In this document: positions 39,643 to 51,596 of the stretch, in pieces
Numbering within the stretch: the stretch's first letter is position 1
Layout: each line of letters begins with the position of its first letter
Source of the DNA: Takakia lepidozioides
Taxonomy: Eukaryota; Plantae; Bryophyta
DNA length: 64,000 nt
Assembly (NCBI GenBank): GCA_030704615.1
Contig: CM060732.1
Location: 58,218,001 to 58,282,000 of the forward strand
Direction: 5' to 3'
Program-made: the position numbers and the translations under genes
Notes under the pieces: model-generated
The model's database searches: none
Told to the model about the DNA's origin: nothing
Seen by the model: only the letters and a program-made list of their open reading frames with translations

Positions 39643-40385
39643 GTGGGATGCCAATGTAAAGGAAATGTGTACAGCGGGATTGCTGCATTGAGATTGCAGG
39701 CAAGGGGACGCAGGAGGATAGTTCAGTGCTCTGTCCTCTCAAAACCAACAGGCACAACGGCGCCCCGGCCGGAAGGAGCTACCAAAGATGATGCAGAGTA
39801 TATGAGGATATGCGTGCAGCTGGCAATGAAGGCCCTGGGCCAGACATCTCCCAATCCCATGGTTGGATGTGTGATTGTGAAAGATGGAGTGATTGTAGGT
39901 CAAGGATATCATCCCAAAGCTAGAGAGCCCCATGCAGAGGTCAGTTAGGATGCTACCTCCTCTTTTTGTAGATTAGAATATAAATGTCCTCACTTCAGAT
40001 ATGCAGATAGCCTGGAAACACTATAAAGTCATGTAGTGTTGCATGAGTACCGTTTCATTGTTACTTGTTGAGTGATTGTCGGTCAATCTTTCCGTGTTTC
40101 AAGAATACGAAGCTTTCTATGACAGTTTGAAGTTTGATTGGTACAATTTGTTGTCAATCCATGGTCACAGTGTTGTCAATTTGTTGTCAATCCATGGTCA
40201 TATGTGCAGGTTTTTGCATTGAGAGAAGCGGGGAAAATGGCTAAGGGTGCAACAGCATATGTGAACCTAGAGCCTTGTAATCACTATGGCAGGACCCCCC
40301 CTGTAGTCAAGCTTTGGTCAAGGCACAGCTCAGCCGGGTGGTAGTGGGCATGTGGGCATGGTCGACCCCAACCCCCAGGTTGCAG
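39643..40385 (+). pseudogene. ribD: Riboflavin-pathway pyrimidine deaminase (PyrD/RibD), 5' two exons only
   Basis: TSPNPMVGCVIVKDG..GQGYHPKA.EPHAE|[29 protein letters not shown], with intron 39940-40209. A frameshift follows and the sequence truncates after MVDPNP. Confidence 0.85.
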
Positions 40386-42553
40386 GCAAGCCCTTGCCAC
40401 TTCTTTGTTTTCTTATGTATATCCCTCTGTCTTCCTCTCTTTTCCCCCTCTTTTAGCCCCTCACAAAGGTAGTTTCTGGTCCCTTTTGTTTCGCCCAAAC
40501 TGGGCGTGGGGCCTATGGCCACAAGGCTACGGCAAACAAAGTCTTATGAGTACATCTTTTCCCCCTCTTTCCCCAACTTGCAAGCACAGCCAGATTCTGT
40601 GATTACTTCGTTCCAGTAGAATGCTACAGTAGCAATCATGCTGCCTAACAACATGCCAATGCCCTCTAGTCAAGATCACCCAATTCAAGGTTCTGAGTTT
40701 TTTTTACAACAGAATCTGTTACAGAGCAAAGCAGCCACAGTCAGGAAATTACAAGAGGAGATACACTGTTTGGCATCTATTAAATCGTCTGGAATGCCTT
40801 TTGTAAGAGGCTTGACACGAGAGACTAGAATGGCTGACAGTACATTACTGATTATCAGTCTGTCATCAACTTCCAAACTAGCCCCTCAATACAAATGCAG
40901 ACACTTTTGCTTGTCACATGTAAACATGGCATGAAGCTGATAAACTGAAGATCGAGACCCTCTACCTTTGCAACTTCTGTCCAAGGAGCTGCTGGGTAAA
41001 TGGTGGTAAGGTGAAGAACCGAAACTTCAATTGTCCCCAAGTCCAGCCCAACTTTTTCCTTCAATCTCTACCCATCCAACTCTTATAACCCCATGGAAAC
41101 TGTGGTTAATGGGTACCAAAAAGCCACTAAATTTCAAACTAACCGTTATTGGGAACGTGTGGGACAGGTAAGGGAGTGCAAACCCTGCAGAAAGCAGGTA
41201 TAGAAGTGGTGGTTGGTGTAGAGGAGGCTCTCTGCCAAGCCACAAATGAGGCCTTCATTCACTGCATGCGCACCAACCAGCCCTTTGACACCCTTCGGTA
41301 AGTCTCTCTGTATGTTTCTTTAGCTTCTATGTCGAAGACATGTGGGATGCTGAAACATAAACAACTTATTGTGCCATATTATACAATGCACTGCAACTGT
41401 GGTCCTAACGAAGGGGTTTCCAGACAACAGTGTCTCAATCAAACTCTTATGAAGGGACTTACACGCTATGTGGTGATTGAAGGAGAAGAAAAGTGCACCA
41501 TTGTGAATGGTTCAGTGTAAACCTTCATGGATGTCCCTTCCCATTCACCACAACACACTTGGAAGAATGGGATTCTTCGAAGCTTATGATTCTCTAGCCT
41601 TCATACAGGATCTTCAAAGTGTGTCAGACCTCTATGCTTGAGGGGGGAATCACGGGAGGGAGGGAAAGATAGCAGGAGGTAGGTATAGAACTTGCAGCAG
41701 GCTGTTGACTAAATCCTTGCACCTAGTTTAGAAATAGGAGGAAAGGGAGACTGATGAAACATGATGTATCCATCATTTCCTATGAATATAGGGTTCGTCG
41801 CACCCTTCAGGCCGGAGCTGGTTGTGGGATATGAAACTTCGGCCAGTGACTGCGATCAAGTTTTATTGCATGTTTTGCATTGGGACATTTGAATGCTGAT
41901 TCCCTACTCTTCCGATATAGCCCCTCTGCCCATCTGGCCTGTCATAGAAAAATGAGAAGATGGACAACCCAAGGGAAGGCAGACCCGGGCCCATATTCTG
42001 CTAGAGTGGACCCAGCTTCAAACTCAGCTCAATACTATAACTAATCTGAATTCCAAGCCACAACAAAGCATCCTTCCACCGTTGTGCAGTAATCTCAACA
42101 ACAGACGAGATCAAAACAAGTAGGATCCTTTGACCTTCTCTTGCAACCTGCTGCCCGGGAAAAGACCCGAGACATTAAGACCCCTCAAATCTATAAGCCA
42201 TCATCCACACGAGCTTAAAAGTGATACGCACCAAGAACCCGACATACTTGTAACAGAGTATAGATGGCAAGTACATGCATGTTACCAAGTTTGTGTTACC
42301 AAGAGCTTCTATAATAACGTCTGCAGAAAGCCCGAAGAGCTTATGGGACAATAGGAAAGCAAGAAACAAGAAAGAATAAAACACCAAGAGTGAAGCCAGA
42401 TAACTACTGCTCAAGGGATTGCCTAAGGGTCAAAGCTTCGTGCAGAAAAGCTGCCAAGAATTTCCGTTCCTCCTAAAGACTTCTGTGCGAGATTGGGTTT
42501 CAGGGAACAGACAGTGACAGGAGACAAAGGTACTGACAAGCTCACCACGACAG

Positions 42554-43114
42554 TTACTCAGTGATAGCGCCAGGAGCTCCACCACCCCCAAAACCTCCAC
42601 CTCCGCGGCCAAAACCTCCCCTCCCTCCTCCACGGAACTCAGGCCGATACTCTCCAGGTGCTCCGCTTTTCTCCCCTCCGAAGGCCCCAGGTGCGCCACG
42701 GGGAGCCCCGCTCCTGTATCCATCCCTGTCCCCGCCAAAACGAGGAGGCCTATCGCCCTCGAATCTTGGTGGCCCTCTCGGAGGGCGCTCACTGCCAGGA
42801 GGCCCGCCCATGGGCCTGCTAGGCGGACGCGCAGACTTCTTCAGCGTGGCAGGAACAATCTCCGAAGGCAGATTGAGGTACGTCCTGAGATGCTCTATTC
42901 CATCGTTGGTGAGGTACCAGTAGTAATGCCTCCACGCAAAGTTCTCCTTGACATACTCCTTGCTCTTAAAACTCTGCATGAGCTTGATGACTTGCAGATT
43001 GGGCACGTCGATCTCTGGATGCTTGGGCGCATTGTAATCCTTCTTGGCGTACAGCACGCCCTCCTTGAACAGATACTTGTAGACCTCCACGCGGTTTTTC
43101 TTGGGGATCAACAT
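42554..43114 (-). CDS. RPS10: 40S ribosomal protein S10 (eS10), intronless, 186 aa
   Basis: [26 protein letters not shown]...[57 protein letters not shown] plus an RGG tail. The ATG is in a GCC-ATG context. Confidence 0.97.
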   Translation of the reverse strand: MLIPKKNRVEVYKYLFKEGVLYAKKDYNAPKHPEIDVPNLQVIKLMQSFKSKEYVKENFAWRHYYWYLTNDGIEHLRTYLNLPSEIVPATLKKSARPPSRPMGGPPGSERPPRGPPRFEGDRPPRFGGDRDGYRSGAPRGAPGAFGGEKSGAPGEYRPEFRGGGRGGFGRGGGGFGGGGAPGAITE

Positions 43115-44084
43115 GGCGCTGCTGGTCCCTGCTCTGTGGCGGCCGCTCCCTCGCAGCGATGGCGATGTGCAAAAGACCCCCTCTCTCGCCCTTCCTCGCT
43201 TTGCCCCCTCACCCCCGCTACGCCTTGCCCTGTGCCCTAACTTACTTACACAATTCCTTCTTTTTTCGCTCTTAAACCAAAATAATAAAAGGGGGACAGA
43301 CTCGAGGCCCTGGAATTGCATTAAAAAGAGCCTGGAAAAAATAAGCACGCAAGGGCCCTAAGTAACTAAGTTAGGCCCCGGCCGCACCTGCCCGCTAACA
43401 AACTGCCGCGCGCAGTTTGTTAACTGGATCGCTAAAAAATAATAGTTCGGGCTGCCCGCCCGTCTTGCACCCTCCCCCCGCGGCTATGGCCGTCTAGAGC
43501 TCGTCAGCTCAACCTCGACTATGAACAGGGAAGAGGGAGCTCCTCCACTCCTCGATTGTGAAACCTACAGGGAAGAGGGAAGAGGGAGCTCGTCAATTTG
43601 GAACTCCTCGACTGTACCTGCAGGTCACTTCAGGAGCTCATTTTTTTCTTGTTTAATGCTTTCTCTTTCTCATAAGCTCTTTGAGCTTTCCGTGGACGTT
43701 ATGAATATTCGTTTTATTCCAAATATGTTCTTCTCCTCCCCAGTCTGCCTTCCCCTTCAAGCCCCTTTCTTGCTCCATCGAAAAGGGGGTACAAGCTGGT
43801 CTCTAGTCACAAGGCATGTAAAGCAAAGTTTAACCTTAATGACTGTATGATGGGCACACAACATCATTCTCGCATGGCAAAAGAACCTAGGAAAAGTGAT
43901 TGATGAGGCAAGAGGTTGCAGGGATAGACTCTATTCAGAATCATGTACAAAAAGGTCTGGCTTGGGAATGATGGTAATGACTGAACAATTCCTACTCCAA
44001 GAGGTGGCGGTCATTGAGCATGCGGAGGTGGAAGGCCAGCTGCGTGTCAACACCAACATTTCACAGATCAGACCACCCGGCTGA

Positions 44085-44335
44085 TGGCATATGACTGAAC
44101 GAAATGTTGTCTCATGGATTTCAATGATAGTAGGATACACGGTGTTGTAGTGAGGCTTTGGAGACCTATGAGCAAATGATTTGTGAAGGGGTGACGCCCA
44201 ATGAGATCACCCTCAGTTGCATTCTCAGTGCTTGTGCCAGCCTGGCAGTTCTAGAAAACGGCAAAGAGGTCCATGTTGACATCGTCAAAGCTGGAATCGT
44301 GGTAGGTACTATCCGGGAGACTGCCCTGTTGTTGA
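44085..44335 (+). pseudogene. PPR (P-L) fragment inside the TIR element
   Basis: MTERNVVSWISMIVGY...ETYEQMICEGVTPNEITLSCILSACASLAVLENGKEVHVDIVKAGI. Confidence 0.8.
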
Positions 44336-45929
44336 TAATGAGGGTGGGCAAAATGGTGATATCACCGCGTGAACCTCATCCCACCTGCCAGACTCAAATT
44401 CACCATGAGCAGAGGAAGGGCAACTGCTTGGGACTGTAAACCCTGCAGTTTTAGCAACCAAAAGCAACCTATATATATCATCCAAACAGAAATACTCGCA
44501 GGTCACCTCCCTCATTGCCCTCTGTCTAGTGACGACGGAGTTGCCAGAGTAAACCTACTTGTGACATAGTGTAATGTGCAACATGTACAAAACGCAGGCA
44601 AGTACGAAATAAAAGATTTATGCTGGATGTCAACTTGAGCATCCTGCATCAAATTTAAGGAGACACACAAAAGGGAGAGGTCTTACAAAAATGAAAGAGA
44701 AGAGAGCTTCTCTTTAGAGAGTGGGGAATAGAGCTGGTGAAGTTGTTGTGAGACAGATCAAGGCTCACCAGCGTCTTGAATCACAATTGCATGACACAAG
44801 CATAAGACAGGCATTAAGAAATGGCCATTCAATCAGGTGGGTGGCACTAAGCACTTTGAACACGCTGTAGTGGTCTCATAGGGTGTCTTATTCTCAAACA
44901 AATATACCCCTGGTCACAACGGCCTCTCTCTACTTTCTCCCTCATAACGTGATTCATTCTCTTTCTCCTGTATAACACAGAACCCACATCTAGTCACCAA
45001 GGGGGTATTGAATTGAGCTCATCAACACTAATTCATCATTCAAATGAGCCAGTAATAGAGGATGCACAGGCAGTATATTTCGGAAGTAGAAGCTACCTTT
45101 ATTTTCCCAAGCTCACCTGGTATGTGGCCAGTAAGGCTGTTCCATATCAATTTCAACAATCATAAACACATCCTTCTTTTCATCCTCCTCCTACCTCTCT
45201 CACACAAGCACATGAAGACCTTATCCCAATGGGTCAAGACAAACAGAAACAGGGTCAACTTGGAGGACATTTTTCTAATAGATGTGTTTGTCCATGATAT
45301 TACATATTCTAGCACCACATTCAAAGCTAGGAAGCAGGAAAAGAGTGGGGCAACAAGGAAGCAAGGAGGGGTGTTGACCAGATATCTCCCAAGTTACTAC
45401 AATTTGCAGTACCTGTATGTATTCTAGCTCCCTTCTACCTAGAAAAGGGGCAATGCACTACATTACTCTCTCTCTCTCTCTCCCTTGAATAATGAACACT
45501 AAACCTTCACAAATAACTCCATTTCAAGCCACAATTACGCCTGATTTCTTGGTGATTGCTTTATTTATTGCGCATTCTTGTTCCATGAGTTGTTAGAGTT
45601 TCAGGAGGAAATTAGCCACTTTCCTTGTTCTTTCCTTGGTATAGTTTGTCTGGCATTGCCATCACAGCCACACCTGTCTTGCATCTTCACTGACCATGAT
45701 ATCCAATGCTACTACACATTGGATATCTTTATATTCTGTGATGCTAGCCTTCAAGCACAGCCCTGTTACCAAATTCTTGCTAGTTGAATGCAAGCACTTC
45801 GACAATCTCATGATGATTTTCTTACATGTTGTGCAAAAACCATCTGCACAATGTTCAATCTGTAACAATTTTCTAGTACCAAGTGGACATATCATGGCCA
45901 CAACCACCAAAAGCACGCACATGGGCGTT

Positions 45930-46055
45930 GGCAACGACTGGCAATCGGTGGTGCAGGCTCTGGATGAGGAACAAGGCAGGAAGGCCAAAGGCAACTCTCT
46001 TTTCAGAGAGGGGAAGCACGACGAGCCGTGGCAGAGTACAACAAAGCACTATGTG
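45930..46055 (+). pseudogene. TPR motif fragment inside the TIR element
   Basis: KAKGNSLFREGKHDE then, frameshifted, AEYNKAL fits the TPR K.xGN.xF..G.Y..A...Y..AL pattern. Confidence 0.55.
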
Positions 46056-46639
46056 AATGGCACTCGCTGAATTGCGACCGAGTTGCATTGACTGAGCTAC
46101 GGTTGCCAGTGACTTGCTCGTGCCCGCCCCGCGCTCCCTGCTGTGCAATCACCCACCCCATGAACACACAAACAACCAAAAACAAAAACAAAAAACAAGA
46201 AAGAACAAGAATAGAAAGAGATGGATTGAGAGATGATGAAAGAGAGGGAGGCATGGAGAGGGAAGAGAGGCAGGGAGGGAGAAAAGGAGAGATCGCAGGG
46301 AAGGGGAGACGTTGCATACCTCTGTTGCGTGCAAGATCGACTGCCCAATTTTTAGTCGGTGACCGCGATTTACCACCTGGGGGGAGGACGTGCTAAATTT
46401 TGGAGGAACCCCTATGTCAACTTTAACAGCTGCTAGGAGCCCGCTAACTAGCTGGGGTTGTAACGGGCAAGTGCGGCCGTCACCATGCTGTTAACGGCTA
46501 CTACCTAGCTTAGCAGGCCGCTTAGCGGCCAGGTGCGGCCGGGGCCTTATTAGGGTTACTTTAACGGGGCGCAAGAAACAAGATACGAGGAATATACTGA
46601 TGGCAAGGTATATGAAACAGTGATATTGTAGGGAAACCC

Positions 46640-48655
46640 TTGAGACCTTGGATACTACCCTAGATGACATGTAGGCCAAATGCGGGAGCATCGAGGATGC
46701 AAAGGGAGTGCTCAACAATATGGCTGAACGAAATGTGGTTTCATGGGGTGCAATGATAGCAGGGTATGCCCAGCAAGGGTTCGGTATGGAGGCTTTGGAG
46801 ATATGTGAGCAAATGATGCAGGATGGGGTGAAGCCCAACCAAGTCACATTCGTCTGCATTTACAATGTGTGTGCCAGCCTGGGAGCTCTGGAAAAGGGCA
46901 AAGAGGTCTATGTTGACATCATGAAAGCTGGAATTGTGCCAAATATCGTCTTGGATACGTCCCTTGTCGACATGTATGCCAAATGTGGGAGCCTCAAGGA
47001 TGCAAAGGGAGTGTTCGACAATATGCCTGCACATATGGTGCAATGATTGCAGATATGCCAAGCATGGTTTTGGAATGGAGGCTTTGGAGACCTATAAGCA
47101 AACGATTGTGGGAAGGGTTGAAGCCCAACCAGATCACATTGGTTTGCGTTTGCAATGCATGTGCCAGCCTGGGAGCCCTAGAAAAGGGCAAAGAGGTCCA
47201 TGCTGACATCATGAAAGCTGGAAATGTGCCAAATGTCATCTTGGACACTACCCTCGTGGATACGTATGCCAAATGCGGGAGCATCAAGCATGCAGAGGGG
47301 CTGTTCGACAATATGGCTGAACAAAAAGTGGTATTGTGGGCTGCAATGATCACAGGATACGCCCAACATGGGTGTGGGATGGAGGCTTTGGAAACCTATG
47401 ATCAACTGATGCAAGAAGGGGTGAACCCCAACCAGTGAACATTCGTGTGTGTTTGCAATGTGTGTGCCAGCCTGGGAGCTCTGGAAAAGGACAAAGAGGT
47501 CCATGCTGACATCATGAAAGCTGGAATTGTGCCAAATATCATCTTTGATACTACCCTCATCGACATGTACACCAAGTGTGGGAGCATCAATGATGCAAAG
47601 GGAGTGTTTGAAAATATGGCTAAACGAGATGTGCATGGAATGCAATGACCGCATGATATGCCCAGCATGGTTGTCATAGGGAGGTCCTACAACTATGTGA
47701 AAGGATACAAAATGAAGGCTTGAAGCCAAACAATTTCACCTTTATGTGTTCCCTCTGCATGCAGCCATGGGGGGGCCTACTAGATGAAGGCAGACACTTC
47801 TTTTATTCCCTGAGTCAAGATCATGGCCTGACTCCAACAGTGCAGCACCCATACTTGTCATGGACCTGTTTGGGATTCATACATTTGCCATTTTAATGAA
47901 GTTCGATTGATCCCGTACTTGTCATGGACCTGTTTGAGGGTATGTAGAATCAGGTCCTACTTGCCAAGGGCCTCTGCATGGTACAGAGAATCTCTATAAA
48001 GACTCCAGGATCTGCTCTCATAAGTTTGAAAAGAAACAAAAATCATTTGGATGGGATTCATACATTCGCCATTTAAATAGGTTGCATGGTGGACCTTCTT
48101 GACCATGCATGGCGATTGGACGAGGCAGAGGATTTGATCAATAAAATGCCAATCAAACTGGATGTGTGGAGGGCCTTGCTTGGTGCCTGCAGGAGTCATG
48201 GCAATGTGGAGGTGGCAGAGCGTGCGGCAAAATGTTTTCTCGAGTGGGATGGACAAGATGCTGGAACTCATGTGTTGCTATCGAACATCTCTGTTGCAGT
48301 TGGTAGGTAGGACGATACTGCTAAGGTGAGAAAAATGATGAAGGTCAGAGGTGTCAGAGAGGAGCCAGGTTACTGCTACATTGAGGTCTGGGATAGGGTG
48401 CATAACTTCGTTATCGATGACAAATCACATCCGCAAATTGAGGCAATCTATTCTGAGCTGAGAAAATTGTCTGGGCAGATGAAGGAGGCAGGGTACGTGC
48501 CTGACATGCACTTGGTATTTCACGATGCGGAGGAGTGAGAGGAATTTTCTCTTTGCCACCACAGTGAGAACCTGGCCATTGCTTTTGGGCTGAAGAACCT
48601 ACGTGTGTGGTGACTGCCACACGGCCACTAAGTTCATCTCAAAGATCGTTGTCCG
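46640..48655 (+). pseudogene. PLS-E-DYW PPR pseudogene (left arm of an inverted duplication)
   Basis: PLS motifs, MVDLL..A.RLDEAE, VWRALLGACRSHGN, VREEPG..IEV, HHSENLAIAFGL and [10 protein letters not shown], with many stops, frameshifts and deletions. Confidence 0.9.
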
Positions 48656-50296
48656 TCACAATATGTAGTCTAAATGGTTGATGATGCGCATGAACCTTGT
48701 TATCAATTGATAAGACATACTTCAGTGAGGGATTACCATGGGCCATGTGGTGGTAAATCCTTGTCAGTAGCTATCATCCTTGGGACACAATTATCTAGAA
48801 TAGTGCTGAACAACCATTGCCAGCAGTACCGAGAGATGGATTAGGACGGCAGAAGATCATTGCTACCTGCAAAGCATTCGGTATGAAACCTTGCTCTCGC
48901 ACTATGCTCCTCTAGCTCCCATTTTTGATGATATTTGCAGTATTGTCAGGAGATCTTTCCGTCTATTCTACATAAGACACTGTTGTAAACTATGTCCGAA
49001 TTGTGTATTGTTACTCAGGACAATACAGAACACGAAACTCTCTGGACACTCGCCATGCGTGGCAGGATAGTCGTCTGTGGCCGATATCTGTGCGAGGGTG
49101 CGCCCTGGCGGGTTGATGACCCTGCTGGGGGCAGAGTTTGAGGAGGCGGGGATTTGGGAGTGCTCTCTAGTCGGCAGAGAGTGGTCAATGCAGCTCCCAC
49201 GTGCGCTACCGTGGTCAAGAGAGATGTATTTACCAGGGTGGTCACTCGATGTAGTGCTCGCAGAGAGAGACTTCTCATAGGGCTAGGCGAAGGTGAGTGC
49301 CAGCCAGGGTTGGAGATTGGGCCATGCTCCAAACATAAAGCATGAAAGACATTCTCCTCATCAGTAAGGCTACTCCTTGGATCCACCTGCATAGTGTGTT
49401 CGTAGGCCAGAGAAGCAGTAGTCGTTACAGGCCGAGCTCCTTCTGTAGATGTGGATTTGTCACTGATTGTGCGGGAGCCTTGCAAGAGATCAAATAGCAC
49501 ATAATAGGAGAGCCCCTTCTTTCGTCCCTACAGCCCTCACAGCCAAAGAACAAGCAGTCAAAAATTTATATCTTCCTCTCGCTATCCACATCTCCCCTCG
49601 TTGGTGAAATTTTATCAATATTGATTGAATTATTGTTTTATGAAGTGGCCAGGTGGAGTAGGTGGACTTTGTCCCCCTACTCCACTTTTACTCTACTTTG
49701 CCTATTACCAATGAATCCATCATGATGGGGTGGACATCACATCCAGACATGACCGCAACAGACTCATTAGGAGAGAGCTTATGGAATTACATGTCAAGAG
49801 AACTTGGAAGCTACCCAATCTCACGACAAAGCTCCAATTCTATCGAGAGACATTCTTGGTGCTCCGAGAACAAAATACCCAAATACTATTACAATCACTA
49901 TATGAACTTTCAAGCGGCAACCATGGGTTTGGATCCTGGTGGGTTAAGGCTAGCTTTCGACAGCATCCATGGCTGCCCCTCTAATCAAGCTCAATATAAA
50001 TCGTATGCACTTCCATCGTCAAGCTTTGGAGAAGCTTCACCACCCACCCACACCAGAATTGGGACCACACTTTGATTTCCTTCCGCTATCACCAGTCAAA
50101 ATCCCTCCTTCAGTCAAGTGCAATTTTGGGCTGACTTCCCACCTATGCTGCGTAGACCCCACTATCATTTCCTGTGAATATGCCACAGGAGATGCCCTCA
50201 ACAGTGCATCATGGTCAATATTCTCAATAAATGGTGGATGAATTGAGTAGCTCCACTCATCAATGCATGAGGCAAGATACCCAGAAAAACATCTTT

Positions 50297-50770
50297 TCAC
50301 CAGTAATCCCCACAAGAACAAACCCCATCTTCAAAGTGGTGAAAGCGGTTAGCGTCCCATACAACAATTTCTCGGCCGACAATCTTTGAGATGAATTAGG
50401 TGGAGGTGTGGCAATCACCACACACCCGAAGATTCTTGATGAGACGGAGAGGCGTCCTAGGGCTTGTGCTGATCAACCCAAAACCAATGGCAAGCTTCTC
50501 ACTGTGGTGGCAAAGAGAAAATTCTTTTTGCACCTCCCCCACATCATGCAATACAAAGCGCGTGTTAGGCACATACCCTGCCTCCTTCATCTGCCCAGCC
50601 AATCTTCTCAGCTCAACATGGATTTCCTTAATTTTGGGATGCAATTTGTCATCTACAACAAAGGTATGCGATCTGTTGCCAACCTCGATGCAGCAACGAC
50701 CTGGCTCCCTTCTAACCCCTCTGAACTTCATCATTGTTCTAACCTTTGCACTATCATCCCACCTGATGAA
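50297..50770 (-). pseudogene. Isolated canonical DYW (PG-type) deaminase domain with one in-frame TAA
   Basis: [19 protein letters not shown]...[62 protein letters not shown]. Confidence 0.92.
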
Positions 50771-51023
50771 GCCCCTCCCGGCAGTGCGAATGGCAGAGCG
50801 ACCCGGCATCAACAAGCTGAAGCTATACTTTGAGGCAGACAGGTACAACGACGCTTTGGCTTCATTGCTCCTTTCCATTAATGACGATAGTGGGCAAGCT
50901 CAAGACATAGAACCCTCCGAACGGGAGAAGTGGTCGGAGCTGTGGCAATTAGCGGATGTGCGGGGGAACAGGCATGAGAACGCAGCCTATTAGAATTTTA
51001 CCCAAGCATTGCATAATTTTCAG

Positions 51024-51596
51024 GTGGAGCAGAGGAACAGGTCTGCCAGGACCTTGATATTCGGGGGAGGAGGCAATGAGGGGAGGATGTTGCAGCTTTC
51101 ATCTGTGCTGTTGCGAGTTGGGGTTGCAAACACAGAGGTAAAATGCCTCAAATGCAATTGGCTGGAATTTGCCATCCATAGGCTGGCCACAAAAGGGTCG
51201 TCCAGCAGGTGGCCAGAGCCTAGGGGCAAAATTGACGCGTTTCTAGAGAGGCACCAGCCCATTGACCCTCTACACCGTTTGCCAAGGGGAACGAAAGCAG
51301 GGGCGGACTTAGTTTTGGTTGACCTCCCCGATGGGCAAGTCGTGAAAGGCAGTGGCCGGGACGATGTTTCTTGTTGGAACAACAAGACCAAGGATACAGT
51401 ACCTCATGCACTGGCACTGGCATCCTCCCTATTGAAAGACAAAGGGTGCCTTGTAATTTTTTGCAAGGGGGATGCAAAGACAGAGATTGAAATCCGGAGA
51501 TACGTTGGACCTGCGGGGCCATTTAAACACATAAAGAAAAAGTGGACTTGCCTCAATCGAATTCCACTGCAATCTGGAGAAGCTAGCCAACCACAG
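51024..51596 (+). pseudogene. Exon-like ORF with weak resemblance to the N-terminal half of beta-class N4C/N6A DNA methyltransferases
   Basis: ADLVLVDLPDG...W...ALASSLLKDKGCLVIFC compared with DLIxxDPPY...LKxxGxxxxF. Bounded by AG and GT. Confidence 0.3.

Larger units (their letters stand above)
43374..46546. mobile_element. Non-autonomous PIF/Harbinger-type TIR element carrying gene fragments
   Basis: TIR GGCCCCGGCCGCACCTGsCCGCTAA (24/25) at both ends, flanked by TTA at 43371-43373 and 46547-46549. No transposase is visible inside. Confidence 0.75.

Noticed and set aside
40485-40557. Hammerhead or HDV ribozyme (hairpin followed by GAAAC on the minus strand)
   Set aside because: No CUGANGA core in the required position and no HDV pseudoknot could be built by eye.
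43115-43348. N-terminal extension of RPS10 in the ORF track
   Set aside because: It starts at a non-ATG codon; the conserved eS10 start is the ATG at 43114.
50396-50398. Stop codon repaired by U-to-C editing
   Set aside because: This is a nuclear locus, and the conserved residue is Lys, not the Gln that editing would give.
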